Part shown: piece by piece, positions 17,694-27,324 of the stretch
How the letters are laid out: each line of letters starts with the position of its first letter
Position numbering within the stretch: position 1 is the first letter of the stretch
Assembly (NCBI GenBank): GCA_041641615.1
Contig: JBEPYA010000001.1
Location: forward strand, 1 to 53,491
Direction: 5' to 3'
From: Salinigranum sp.
Lineage (GTDB): Archaea; Halobacteriota; Halobacteria; Halobacteriales; Haloferacaceae
Length of the DNA: 53,491 nt
Made by a program: the position numbers and the translations under genes
The notes under the pieces: model-generated
Told to the model about the DNA's origin: nothing
Seen by the model: the letters and a program-made list of their open reading frames with translations, nothing else
Database searches by the model: none

Positions 17694-17930
17694 ATGAGAG
17701 CCACGCAAGCTTCCGAGGACGCACGACAGATCGATGCCGTGCCGACCGAGATCGACGCCGACGGCTCGAAGCTCGTCTACCTCTTCCTCGACGTGCGCGG
17801 CGCGTCGACCGTCTCCGAGTTAGCCGAATCGCTCGACATGACGAAGCTCGCCCTGTACAGCATCCTCGACGCGCTCGCGGGCAAGGACCTCGTCGAAGGC
17901 GAGGGCGAGACGTACCGGACGGCAGCCTGA
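17694..17930 (+). CDS. Small TrmB-like wHTH regulator
   Basis: SKLVYLFL...TVSELAESLDMTKLALYSILDAL; TTTTATT TATA upstream. Confidence 0.85.
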   Translation: MRATQASEDARQIDAVPTEIDADGSKLVYLFLDVRGASTVSELAESLDMTKLALYSILDALAGKDLVEGEGETYRTAA

Positions 17931-17964
17931 GCACGCGAATCCGTTCTCCCCCGCACAGACGCCC

Positions 17965-19332
17965 TCAGCCCTCGCGCGCTTCGAGCCGCCGCCTCAGTCG
18001 CTCGGTCTCGGCGGTGAGCGCGTCGCTGACCGCCACTTCGTACGGGTCCGGGTCGTCGACGGCGCGCACGCCGAGTGGAAGGGCCTCGACGTTCTCCCGC
18101 GCTCGTTCCCGACTCTCGTCGAGCGGCGGCGGCTCGGACACCCGGTCGCCGTCGCTGACGACGGTGGTGAGGAGGTCTCGACCCGGTCCCGCCTCGTCCC
18201 GTCGCCCGACGACGTCCCGCACGTACCGCCCCTCGCGTTCGACCCGGCCGACCCGCTTCTCGCCGGGGTAGGTCACTTTCCCCGGGGAGAGCTTCATACT
18301 TGGGTGGAGTTCGCCCTCGCGTTCGACCGCGACGAGTTTGTACACCGGGTCGAGCGACGGGGCGTCCTCACTGGTCGTGAGCGCCGTCCCGGGGCCGAAG
18401 CCGTCGGCCACTCCGCTCGACCGGAGGAACTCCCGGATCGCGTACTCGTCCATCCCCGAGGAGACGAAGACGTCGACGTCGGGCAGGGTCGCTGTCACCG
18501 CCTTCGAGAGCGCGACCAGGTCGCCCGAGTCCAGCCGCACGCCTCGGAGGTCGACGCCCATCTCGCGGGCGACCCTGTCGGCGAGTTCGGCACCCGCCAC
18601 CGTGTCGTAGGTGTCGACGAGGAGCGTGCTGTCGTCGCCGTAGGTGTCGAGGAACGCCTCGAACGCCTCGCGCTCGGTCGGGAAGCTCTGGACCCACGAG
18701 TGGGCCATCGTCCCATAGATCGGAACGCCGAACGCCTCGCCGGCCGCGAGGAGCGACGTGCCGTCGAAGCCACCGAGGTACGCGGCACGCGCGGCCTTCA
18801 GCCCGGCGTCGGTGCCGTGGGCGCGGCGCGAACCGAAGTCGACGAGCGCCTGCCCGCGCCCCTCTCGTTCGACGACGTCGCGCATCCGGGCGGCCTTCGT
18901 CGCGACGAGGCTCTGGAATCCGATCTGATTGAGAAAGAGCGTCTCCAGCAGTTGCGCCTCGGGCAGGGGAGCGCGGACCTCGACGAGCGGTTCGTTCGGG
19001 AAGACGACGGTCCCCTCGGGGACGGCCCTGATCTCGCCGGAGAAAGAGAGCTCCGCGAGGTAGGTGAGGAAGTCGTCCGCGAACCCTTCCTCGGCGAGGA
19101 AGGCGAGCGCACGCTCGCCGAACGAGAGCGAGTCGACGGCGGCGAGCGCCTGTTCGAGCCCGGCCGCGACGACGTATCCCCGATCGGGGGGGAGGTCGCG
19201 AAAGAAGAGGCTGAACGCCGCCTCCGGGGTGTGTCCCTGGTCGAGATACCCCTGCATCATGGTGAGCTCGTACCGGTCGGCGAAGAGCGCGAGCGTCTCG
19301 GGCGTCAGGTGACCGAACGACGGGCCTGTCAT
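17965..19332 (-). CDS. pncB: Nicotinate phosphoribosyltransferase
   Basis: ADRYELTM, DFGSRRAH, GTMAHSW, LVDTYD, GVRLDSGD and VYKLV motifs. Confidence 0.95.
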   Translation of the reverse strand: MTGPSFGHLTPETLALFADRYELTMMQGYLDQGHTPEAAFSLFFRDLPPDRGYVVAAGLEQALAAVDSLSFGERALAFLAEEGFADDFLTYLAELSFSGEIRAVPEGTVVFPNEPLVEVRAPLPEAQLLETLFLNQIGFQSLVATKAARMRDVVEREGRGQALVDFGSRRAHGTDAGLKAARAAYLGGFDGTSLLAAGEAFGVPIYGTMAHSWVQSFPTEREAFEAFLDTYGDDSTLLVDTYDTVAGAELADRVAREMGVDLRGVRLDSGDLVALSKAVTATLPDVDVFVSSGMDEYAIREFLRSSGVADGFGPGTALTTSEDAPSLDPVYKLVAVEREGELHPSMKLSPGKVTYPGEKRVGRVEREGRYVRDVVGRRDEAGPGRDLLTTVVSDGDRVSEPPPLDESRERARENVEALPLGVRAVDDPDPYEVAVSDALTAETERLRRRLEAREG

Positions 19333-19395
19333 AGTGTCGACAACTCACGGCGGACACAAACGTGTTCCGCGTCCTCGACACTCACCGGCAGCGCG

Positions 19396-20028
19396 TCAGC
19401 AGACCGCCGGCTTCTCCCCCTCGACGGCGTTGCACGCGGTCCGGAGGTCGCGCTCGAGTCGGCCTACTCGCGTCTCGAGGTTGTCGACGCGGTTCTCGAG
19501 GCGGGTGACGTCGGCGCTGGCGGCGTCGAGGCGGCGCTGCAGCCGCGCTCGCTCGGACGCGAGCTCCTCGTTGTCCGCCTCGAGCCCGTCGATCCGCGAC
19601 TGGAGCTGGCGCTCGCTCGCGCGGAAGGCGCGGACCTGCGTCCGGAGGCGCGACAGCTCCGAGCGGGTGATCTGGAGGCGCTCGCGGGTCGTCGACAGCG
19701 CCACCGACGTCGACGACAGCTCCGATTGGGTCGCGTCGAGCTGTGACTCGGTCTCCTCGAGGTTCGCCGAGACCTGGCTGACGTCACCGCGCGTGGTCGC
19801 AAGGGTCCGGTCGAGTTCGGCGAGCTCCACGCGCGTGTTCGAGAGCTCCCGTTCGGCCGCCTGGAGGTCGGTTCGGAGGGCCTCGTTCCGTTCGCGGAGC
19901 TCCGCGTTCTGCGCGTCGAGCTGTTCGACGGAGTGTTGGAAGAACAGCGTCGCGCCCGCGGTCCCCGTCGCGAGGACCACCACGAGCGCCACGAACACGG
20001 CGTTGATCGTCCCACCGATGAGTCGCAT
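19396..20028 (-). CDS. Membrane-anchored long coiled-coil protein
   Basis: N-terminal TM followed by ~170 aa of heptads and a terminal Cys pair. Confidence 0.8.
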   Translation of the reverse strand: MRLIGGTINAVFVALVVVLATGTAGATLFFQHSVEQLDAQNAELRERNEALRTDLQAAERELSNTRVELAELDRTLATTRGDVSQVSANLEETESQLDATQSELSSTSVALSTTRERLQITRSELSRLRTQVRAFRASERQLQSRIDGLEADNEELASERARLQRRLDAASADVTRLENRVDNLETRVGRLERDLRTACNAVEGEKPAVC

Positions 20029-20187
20029 GCGGCGGGAAGGCGCGTGGAGGGCTTGAACCGCCCGAGAGACGGAGGCGCACGGACAGAGGGGCACACGGAT
20101 CGACGGCCGAACTGGGAACCAGCGTTACCGAACAGTTCTCGTTGTACTCGATCCGCGCTGTGCTCGGCGGAGACGTTCTCGGGCGTG

Positions 20188-20598
20188 TCAGTCCGAGAGT
20201 TCCTTCAGGAGCCGACGGACGTGGCCCTCGGAGTAGGAGACGTCGAAGTACCGCTCGAGGACGTCTCTGAGCGTCTCCGGCGTCCACTCCTCGCCGCCGA
20301 CGCCGTACTCTCTCGGCGGGGTGGCGACGACGTCTTCGAGGACGGACCGGTCGAGCGCGGTCGGCCGGCCGGGACGGTCCTCGTCGGTGATGGCCTCGTC
20401 GATGGGGCGCTCTTCGAACCGGGAGAGCCAGTAGTAGACCGTCGAACGGGGGATGCCGTAGCGGTCGCTCAGGTCGTCGACGGCGACACCGTCGAGGTAG
20501 TCGAGCGCGACCATGAGCCGCTTCGTCGCCTTCGCGTCCGTGGTCGCGGCGAGCTGCTCTCTGAGCGCCGCCGGGTCGACGTGGTCGAGTTTGCTCAT
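20188..20598 (-). CDS. HTH protein related to the IS630 transposase N-terminus, no DDE domain
   Basis: IPRSTVYYWLSRF, RPGRP, WTPETLR and YSEGHVRRLL motifs. Confidence 0.8.
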   Translation of the reverse strand: MSKLDHVDPAALREQLAATTDAKATKRLMVALDYLDGVAVDDLSDRYGIPRSTVYYWLSRFEERPIDEAITDEDRPGRPTALDRSVLEDVVATPPREYGVGGEEWTPETLRDVLERYFDVSYSEGHVRRLLKELSD

Positions 20599-20735
20599 AC
20601 CCGTCCGAAGGGGAACACCGGCTTAAATCTAAGGACATATGTCTCGGCGACGGAGCGGGAGAGAGGAGGTGCCCGGGACGAGCGGGGACGCAGAGTCGGT
20701 ACATCCAAGAGGGACGAGGCGGAGAGTCGAACGTC

Positions 20736-21374
20736 ATGGGTACTCCCGACTCCACACCGGGCCCACGGAGCAAGGTCGAACGCGTCATCGAGGAGTACGG
20801 CCTCGAAGGGCTCGGCGACGAGCTAGAACGACGGTGGACGGGCGAGTCGGGCGAGCGCGAGAGCCTGCGGAGCCTCGCCGATCGGTTCAACCGGGAGGTG
20901 CTCCGCGCGGCCCTCGACGAGGCGGGAGCCAGTCCGCTCGACGGCGAAGTGGAGAACACCTACCGGCTGCTGCGCGGCGAGGACGTCAGCCCGGGGATGC
21001 AAACCGAGGTCCGCCGCCAGCTCGAACGCGACGGGGTCGACCGCGAGCAGGTGGAGTCGGACTTCGTCTCTCACCAAGCCATCCACACCTACCTCCGAGA
21101 GCACCGGGGTGCCGAACTGGAGAGCGAAGAGGAGTCGCGCGTCGAGAAGGAGGCGCGGACCATCCGCCGGCTCCAGGGGCGTGTCTCGGTCGTGACCGAG
21201 AGCGGGCTCACGCGGCTCTCGAACGCTGGCGACATCACGATCGGCGACTTCGAGGTGTTGACCGACGTCCAGGTGTACTGTGCGGACTGCGGCTCGCAGT
21301 ACGAGGCGGTCGAACTCATCGAGCGCGGCGGCTGTGACTGCGACCCCGACGAGGCGAACGAGCTGGATATTTGA
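20736..21374 (+). CDS. rdfA: Rod-determining factor RdfA-family protein
   Basis: SKVERVIEEYGL...SLRSLADRFN...DFVSHQAIHTYL...CADCG...GGCDC; adjacent to an Sph3-like gene. Confidence 0.85.
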   Translation: MGTPDSTPGPRSKVERVIEEYGLEGLGDELERRWTGESGERESLRSLADRFNREVLRAALDEAGASPLDGEVENTYRLLRGEDVSPGMQTEVRRQLERDGVDREQVESDFVSHQAIHTYLREHRGAELESEEESRVEKEARTIRRLQGRVSVVTESGLTRLSNAGDITIGDFEVLTDVQVYCADCGSQYEAVELIERGGCDCDPDEANELDI

Positions 21375-21452
21375 TATCACGGGGGCGAGCGACGCGCCGA
21401 CAGCGCGTCCGCGTCATGAACGTTTATGTGCGGTCCGGAGTATGTTCATCTG

Positions 21453-23408
21453 ATGACCTCAGCACAGACGCCGGAGACGGACACCGCTATCGACGTTCAC
21501 GTCGAGAACGTCGGTGGCATCTCCGACGCCGACGTCACGCTTCGGCCGGGCGTCACGGTTCTCGCCGGGCGAAACGCGACGAATCGAACGTCGTTCCTCC
21601 AGGCGCTCATGTCAGCACTGGGGAGCGAACACGTCTCGCTCAAGGGCGACGCCGACGGAGGGCGCGTCGAGTTGGCCGTCGACGGTGAGACGTACACGCG
21701 GACGCTCGAGCGGACCGGAGCCAGCGTCCGCACCGGCGGCTCTCCCTACCTAGACGAGGACGAACTGGCCGAACTGGCCGATCTGTTCGCGTTCCTGCTC
21801 GAATCGAACGAGGCGCGTCGGGCCGTCGCCCGGGGCGACGACCTCCGCGAACTCATCATGCGCCCGGTCGACACGACGGCGATCAACGCCGAGATCGACC
21901 GGCTGAAGGAGGAAAAACGCGCCATCGACGACGAACTCGACGAGCTCGACGGGCTCGCGGACCGCCTGCCCGACCTCGAAGAGCGGCGGACGCAGTTAGA
22001 AGAACGCATCGAGGAGACCGAGGCCGAGCTGGAGGCCGCTCGCGAGGAGCTGGAGACGGCCGACGCGAGCGTCCAGCGCTCCCGAGAGGAGAAGAACAGC
22101 CTCGACCGCAAGCTCGACTCGCTCGGCGACGCGCGCGACGAGCTCGAATCGGTGCGGTACGACCTCGAAACCGAGCGCGAGAGCCTCGACTCGCTCCGGA
22201 CCGACCGCGACGAGGTCGAGTCCGAACTCGACGCGACCGACGGCGGGCGAGAGGTCGACGTCACCGAGATCGAGGCCGAACTCGACCGCCTCCGCAACCG
22301 CCAGCAGGCGCTGGATTCGACGGTGAAACAGCTCCAGAGCGTCATCCAGTTCAACGAGGAGATGCTCGAGGGGACGAACGAGGAGATCGCCCGGGCGCTG
22401 CGCGACGACGAGGGGTCGGTGACCGACGCCCTGCTCGCGGACAGCTCCGTCGTCTGCTGGACCTGCGGCTCCTAGGTCGACGAGGACGACATCGAGACGA
22501 CGCTCGACCGCCTCCGGGAACTGCGCCAGGAGAAGATCTCCGAGCGGCGCTCGCTCAAGCAGGAGGTGTCGGAGAAGCAGTCGCGGCGCGACGAGGTGCA
22601 GAACGCCGCCCGGGAGTACGAGCGGCTCGAACGCCGGCTGGAGAGCGTCGAAGACGAGATACAGCGCCGCGAGGACAAGGTCGAGCGCCTCCAAGAGCGC
22701 CGTGGAGAGCTGAAAGAGCGCGTCACCGAGCTGGAGGAGGAGGTCGAGTCGCTGGAGGACGAGACCTACAGCGAGGTGCTCGACCGCCACAAGGACGTCA
22801 ACCGCCGCGAGTTCGAGCTCGACCGGCTCAGAGACGAGAAGCGCGAGGTCGAGACCGAACTCGAGGAGATCGAACGCCGCCTGGGCGAGCGAGAGAACCT
22901 CGAAGCCGAGCGCACGGAGATAAACGAGGAGCTCGAAGAGCTCCGAACGCGCATCGACCGCATCGAGCGCGAGGCCGTCTCCGAGTTCAACGAGCACATG
23001 GACGAGGTGCTCTCGCTTCTCGAGTACGAGAACATCGACCGCATCTGGATCGAGCGCACCGAAAAGCAGGTCCGGGAGGGACGGCGGCGGGTCACGAAGA
23101 ACTCGTTCGACCTCCACATCATCCGGTCGACCGACGACGGCACCGCCTACGAGGACACGGTAGACCACCTCTCAGAGAGCGAACGGGAGGTGACCGGGCT
23201 GGTGTTCGCCCTCGCCGGCTACCTCGTCCACGAGGTGTACGAGACCTGCCCCTTCCTGCTCATGGACTCGCTGGAGGCCATCGACTCCAACCGGATCGCG
23301 GCGCTCGTCGACTACTTCGCCTCGTTCGCCGACAACCTCGTGGTCGCGCTCCTCCCCGAGGACGCCCAGGCGCTCGACGACGGCTACCGGCGCGTCACCG
23401 ACATCTGA
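21453..23408 (+). pseudogene. sph3: Archaea-specific SMC-like protein (Sph3 type) interrupted by an in-frame TAG at 22473-22475
   Basis: GRNATNRTS P-loop, coiled coil, CWTCGS*VD, coiled coil, HLSESERE and LLMDSLEAID; both halves are in one frame. Confidence 0.85.
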
Positions 23409-23935
23409 CCGGCGCGATCCACCCGTCGTCTGCGACACCGACGGGCACGCGAAGCGACCGCCTCGTTACATTGTTATTCGTGTAACGTCAGCGGGCAGAA
23501 CGATCGGGTTCGCTCGGGCGAGTCCGTCGGGACACCGAAAGTGATTGCCCGTATTTACCTCCGATGGGACCGTCGGGGTGAAGTGATGACTCGGGGCGGA
23601 CGGGCGGCGGCTGGACAGTCTGGAGCGACGACGGCCGTGCCGAGGGATCGGCTCCGCGCGCGAAGGCGAATCGTCGACGAGACGAGCGTCGGCCGTCGGA
23701 GATGGAGGACGCGAACACGGTCGAGACGGTCGCCGCGTCGACAGTCGGTGTGACGAGGAGTGGGGTGTATCCACGGCGGTCAGTGTGACGCGGGGAGCCG
23801 GCGTGATGTGGGGAGTTGGCGTGACGACAGTAGTCGGCTGCCGGACCGGAGGGGCGGATGCGGACAGACGGGTAGCACGGACGACGTGAGCACGGAACCG
23901 AAAGTGAGTATAGAATTGTAACGATACTCGATCTG

Positions 23936-25456
23936 TCAGTCCGTGGCCGCGAGGTCGTCGCCCACGTCCGTCGCGTCGGCGTTGGCGTCGGATGGCGGGG
24001 TCCGCACGTCGGTGAACGCGAACATCGCCCCGCCCGCCGGGGCGTCGGTCACCGAGACGGTCCAGCCGTGTGCCTCGGCGACGCGGCGGACGATGGCGAG
24101 GCCGAACCCGGTCCGGTCGGGGTTCGACGAGACGCCGTAGTCGAGGATTCGACCACGGTCGGCCGGGGGGATGCCGGGGCCGTCGTCGGCGACGGCGAAG
24201 CCGTGGACGGTCGCCTCCTCCCGCTGCCCGTTCGTCGAGCGCTCGCCCTCGGTGAGGTCGAAGACGCGGACGTGTGTCGTCGGCCCGGCGTACGCGACGG
24301 CGTTCGAGAAGAGGTTCTCCAGGAGCTGCTGGAGGCGACCGGCGTCCGCGCGAACGACGAGCGTGGAGTCGACGGTGAGGCGGGCCGCCTCGGTGTCGAC
24401 GGACTGCCAGGCGGCTTCGGCGACCTCCGGGAGGGAGACGGGTGTGAGCCCGCTGATGCTCTCACCCTCCTGCGCGAGCGTGAGGAGGTCGTTGATGATG
24501 CGCTCCATCCGTTCGAGCGCGAAGCGGACGTGTGCGGCGTGGGTGGTGTCGTCGGTCTCCTTGAGGAGGGAGAGGTTGCCGCTCGCGACCGACAGCGGGT
24601 TGCGGAGGTCGTGAGAGACGACGTTCGCGAACTCCGCGAGACGGTCGCGCTGGCGTTCGAGTTCGGCCACGTGGGTGACCCGCTCGGTGACGTCGTGTGA
24701 GTTGATGACGAACCCCTCGATGACGGGGTCATCGAGGAGGTTTCGACCGGTGTTCTCGAGGACGACCCACCCCTTCTCGGGGTGGGCGAACCGGAACGTG
24801 ATGGTCGGTCGGTACGAGGGGTCGGCGATGGCCTCGAAGAGCGTCTCCGCGGCGTAGTCGACGTCGTCGGGGTGGAGGTAGTCGAACCCGACCTCGCCGA
24901 CGAGGTCCTCAGGGGCGTACCCGAACACGTGAGCCGCCGCCGGCGAGAGATACGTGAAGACGCCGTTGGCGTCGACGATGGAGACGACGTCCGAGGAGTG
25001 CTCGACGAGCTTGCGGAAGCGGCGCTGCTGGTCGTCTATCGCCCGGGCGGTCCGGTACTGGACGGCGTAGTTCTTGACCCGGTTGGCGAGGAGCGTATAC
25101 TGTTCGCTGGCCGTCGACTTGGGGAAGTAGTCGGTCACCCCGGTGGAGATGGCTTCGGCGGCGACCTCCTCGCTCCCGGCCGCCGTGTAGAGGACGAACG
25201 GCAGGTCGGGGTAGCGGACGCGAACCCGCTTGAGGAACGTCAGCCCGTCCATCTCGGGCATCTCGTAGTCCGACACGACGCAGTCGACACCGTCGAGCAC
25301 ACCGAGCGCCTCCGTCGCCGAGGCGAACGAGCGGACCGCGAGCGCCGGCCGTTCGAGCGGGAGGAACGAGGCGACGAGGTCGCGGACGCCCGCGTCGTCG
25401 TCGACGTGGAGCACGCGGAACGTCTCTATCTCGTCATCACCGGCCTCGTCGGTCAT
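23936..25456 (-). CDS. Hybrid sensor kinase (REC-PAS-HisKA-HATPase)
   Basis: VLHVDDD, SDYEMPEMDG, a PAS domain, VSHDLRNPL, NLFSNA, DDGPG and TGFGL. Confidence 0.93.
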   Translation of the reverse strand: MTDEAGDDEIETFRVLHVDDDAGVRDLVASFLPLERPALAVRSFASATEALGVLDGVDCVVSDYEMPEMDGLTFLKRVRVRYPDLPFVLYTAAGSEEVAAEAISTGVTDYFPKSTASEQYTLLANRVKNYAVQYRTARAIDDQQRRFRKLVEHSSDVVSIVDANGVFTYLSPAAAHVFGYAPEDLVGEVGFDYLHPDDVDYAAETLFEAIADPSYRPTITFRFAHPEKGWVVLENTGRNLLDDPVIEGFVINSHDVTERVTHVAELERQRDRLAEFANVVSHDLRNPLSVASGNLSLLKETDDTTHAAHVRFALERMERIINDLLTLAQEGESISGLTPVSLPEVAEAAWQSVDTEAARLTVDSTLVVRADAGRLQQLLENLFSNAVAYAGPTTHVRVFDLTEGERSTNGQREEATVHGFAVADDGPGIPPADRGRILDYGVSSNPDRTGFGLAIVRRVAEAHGWTVSVTDAPAGGAMFAFTDVRTPPSDANADATDVGDDLAATD

Positions 25457-25592
25457 CGATTTCCGGCCGGACTAGGCGGGCAGAGTATATATACACCGCC
25501 CTCAGGCCGAAAGCGGACAGCGGAAAGGGGATAGCCGGAGGCGAGAACGGGCGGGGGCGACGCGAGGATCGGAGCAGGCAGAGAGCGACAGC

Positions 25593-25706
25593 TCACGCAC
25601 TGCGGTCGCAGTCCGCACAGAGCGAGCTGACCGACATCGACAGCATTCCGGTGTGTTCGCGGGTGAGTGGGCAGCCACAGCGGCTGCAGGTTGGCGGGTT
25701 TTCCAT
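25593..25706 (-). CDS. 37-aa zinc-finger microprotein (not in the ORF track)
   Basis: MENPPTCSRCGCPLTREHTGMLSMSVSSLCADCDRSA; two CxxC motifs; TATAACAAA upstream. Confidence 0.7.
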   Translation of the reverse strand: MENPPTCSRCGCPLTREHTGMLSMSVSSLCADCDRSA

Positions 25707-25781
25707 GATCGTATCCGTCGGTACGTCGGGGGTGGAAGGCTTTGTTATAGGTGTACTACCGAGCCCGCGCGGCGACCGGTC

Positions 25782-27095
25782 TCAGCGGTCCGCGTCGATG
25801 CTGTCCGCCGAATCCGGGGAGAGCGGGCTCAGGTGCGTCGACAGCACCGTCTCGCGGCCCCGTGTCGCGTCGAGCGCAGTCCGGGCCCACCGCTCCGTCG
25901 GATCCGTTCGGCCGGCGTCGACAGCGGCGTCGGGGAGCGCGTCGACGTCGGGGTCGGCGTCGGTGTCGCTCTCGCTGTCGATGCCAGCGACCGCGATTAC
26001 GCGGTCGAGTGCGGCCCGCGAGGGACGACCCGAGAGCGCACGCAACCGGGACCAGACGTGGAGGGTGTCGACGAGCAGCCGCTCGGCCACCACCGACGGG
26101 TCGGAGAGAGAGGGAACCGTCGAGAGGTACGCCGCCGCGGCCGTCTCTTCGACCGGCACCTCTGCGGTGAGCCACGATTCGATCCGCGCTTGCGACGCCC
26201 CCGGGGCGAGCGCGTCACCGGCGCGGGTGAAGAGCGCTTCCTCCTCGCGCGCGACGGCGTGGAACGCGTTGCCGACGACTACCGCGTCGGCGCCCGCGTC
26301 GAGCATCGCTCGGGCGTCTTCGGCCGAGGAGAGGCCACCGCCGTACCACACTCGCGAGCCCGAGACCGCCCCGGAGACGGCCGCGAGGAGCCGTTCGGCC
26401 GCTCTCCCCCCGAACGTTCCGGAGTACTCGACGTAGACGACGGGACAGTGGAGGTACCGGTCGGCGACCATCGCCCGGCGGGCGGCCTCCCCCGGTTCGA
26501 GAACGTCGTCGGGTCCGACGCCCGCCTCGCGCGCGGCGGCGCTGTCAGGGTTCTGGACGAGGTACGCCTCGAACGCGGCCGTCTCCAGGAGCCACGACGT
26601 GGCCGCGTCCGCGAGCATCCGGCGGACGAACGCCGGGGTCCACGCCGGAACGCGGTCGGCGACGAGCGAGGGCGCCAGGTCGTCGCGGACGCGTTCGATA
26701 CCCGCGCCGAGTTCCCCCACGACTGCCTCGACACTCCCGTTGAGCACCTGGGGGATGGCGATGAAGGCCGCCACCTCCCGCGTGTAGTCGGTGACGTGCG
26801 TCGGGTGGCTCGGTTCGTGGAAGACGGGGACGTCCACGAGAGAGAGCAGCGCGAACGTCGCCTCCGTGTTCGCCCCCGTCACCGCGGTCGACCCGCCGAC
26901 GGCGACCGCGTCGGTGAACGAGAGATACCGCGGGTAGAGGAGCGGGAGTCGCCGCCGTGCCTCGGGGTCGACCTTCGTGAGGTGCGTCCACGACGCCGGG
27001 ACCGGGTTGGTGTCGACCGGGAGGACGCGCGCGGCGACGCGTCCCATCGCTCCGAGACGGTTCAACCGGACGCCGAGTCCTCGCCGAGCCCTCAT
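25782..27095 (-). CDS. PcrB/group I GGGP-synthase-like prenyltransferase with a C-terminal extension
   Basis: HLTKVDPE, AVGGS, FHEPS, YVEYSG, WYGGGL and VVVGN motifs; 437 aa versus ~230 for the canonical enzyme. Confidence 0.85.
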   Translation of the reverse strand: MRARRGLGVRLNRLGAMGRVAARVLPVDTNPVPASWTHLTKVDPEARRRLPLLYPRYLSFTDAVAVGGSTAVTGANTEATFALLSLVDVPVFHEPSHPTHVTDYTREVAAFIAIPQVLNGSVEAVVGELGAGIERVRDDLAPSLVADRVPAWTPAFVRRMLADAATSWLLETAAFEAYLVQNPDSAAAREAGVGPDDVLEPGEAARRAMVADRYLHCPVVYVEYSGTFGGRAAERLLAAVSGAVSGSRVWYGGGLSSAEDARAMLDAGADAVVVGNAFHAVAREEEALFTRAGDALAPGASQARIESWLTAEVPVEETAAAAYLSTVPSLSDPSVVAERLLVDTLHVWSRLRALSGRPSRAALDRVIAVAGIDSESDTDADPDVDALPDAAVDAGRTDPTERWARTALDATRGRETVLSTHLSPLSPDSADSIDADR

Positions 27096-27324
27096 CGGTC
27101 GTCGTCCCCGTGCATGTGTCTCCCGTCGAATCGAGCGGACAAAACGCGTGTGGTGTATGGAGCGAGAGAGCGACTGGCCGCGAGCCGCCAGGCGAGAAAC
27201 AGCGCGAGAACCGACAGCGAGCCCGCTCGAATGTCAAAACGTTCAAGCCGGTGCCGGAGGGAGGCGCTCGTATGACAACCGCCGGACCGCGTTGCGGTCG
27301 ACGGTCGCGAGTCGGGAGGCGACG

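Noticed and set aside
22473-22475. Pyrrolysine or programmed amber readthrough in sph3
   Set aside because: No pyl genes in the window and none established in haloarchaea; a point mutation or sequencing error is simpler.
23410-23935. ORFs between sph3 and the kinase
   Set aside because: Low-complexity, non-acidic translations; no support for coding or a clear RNA structure.
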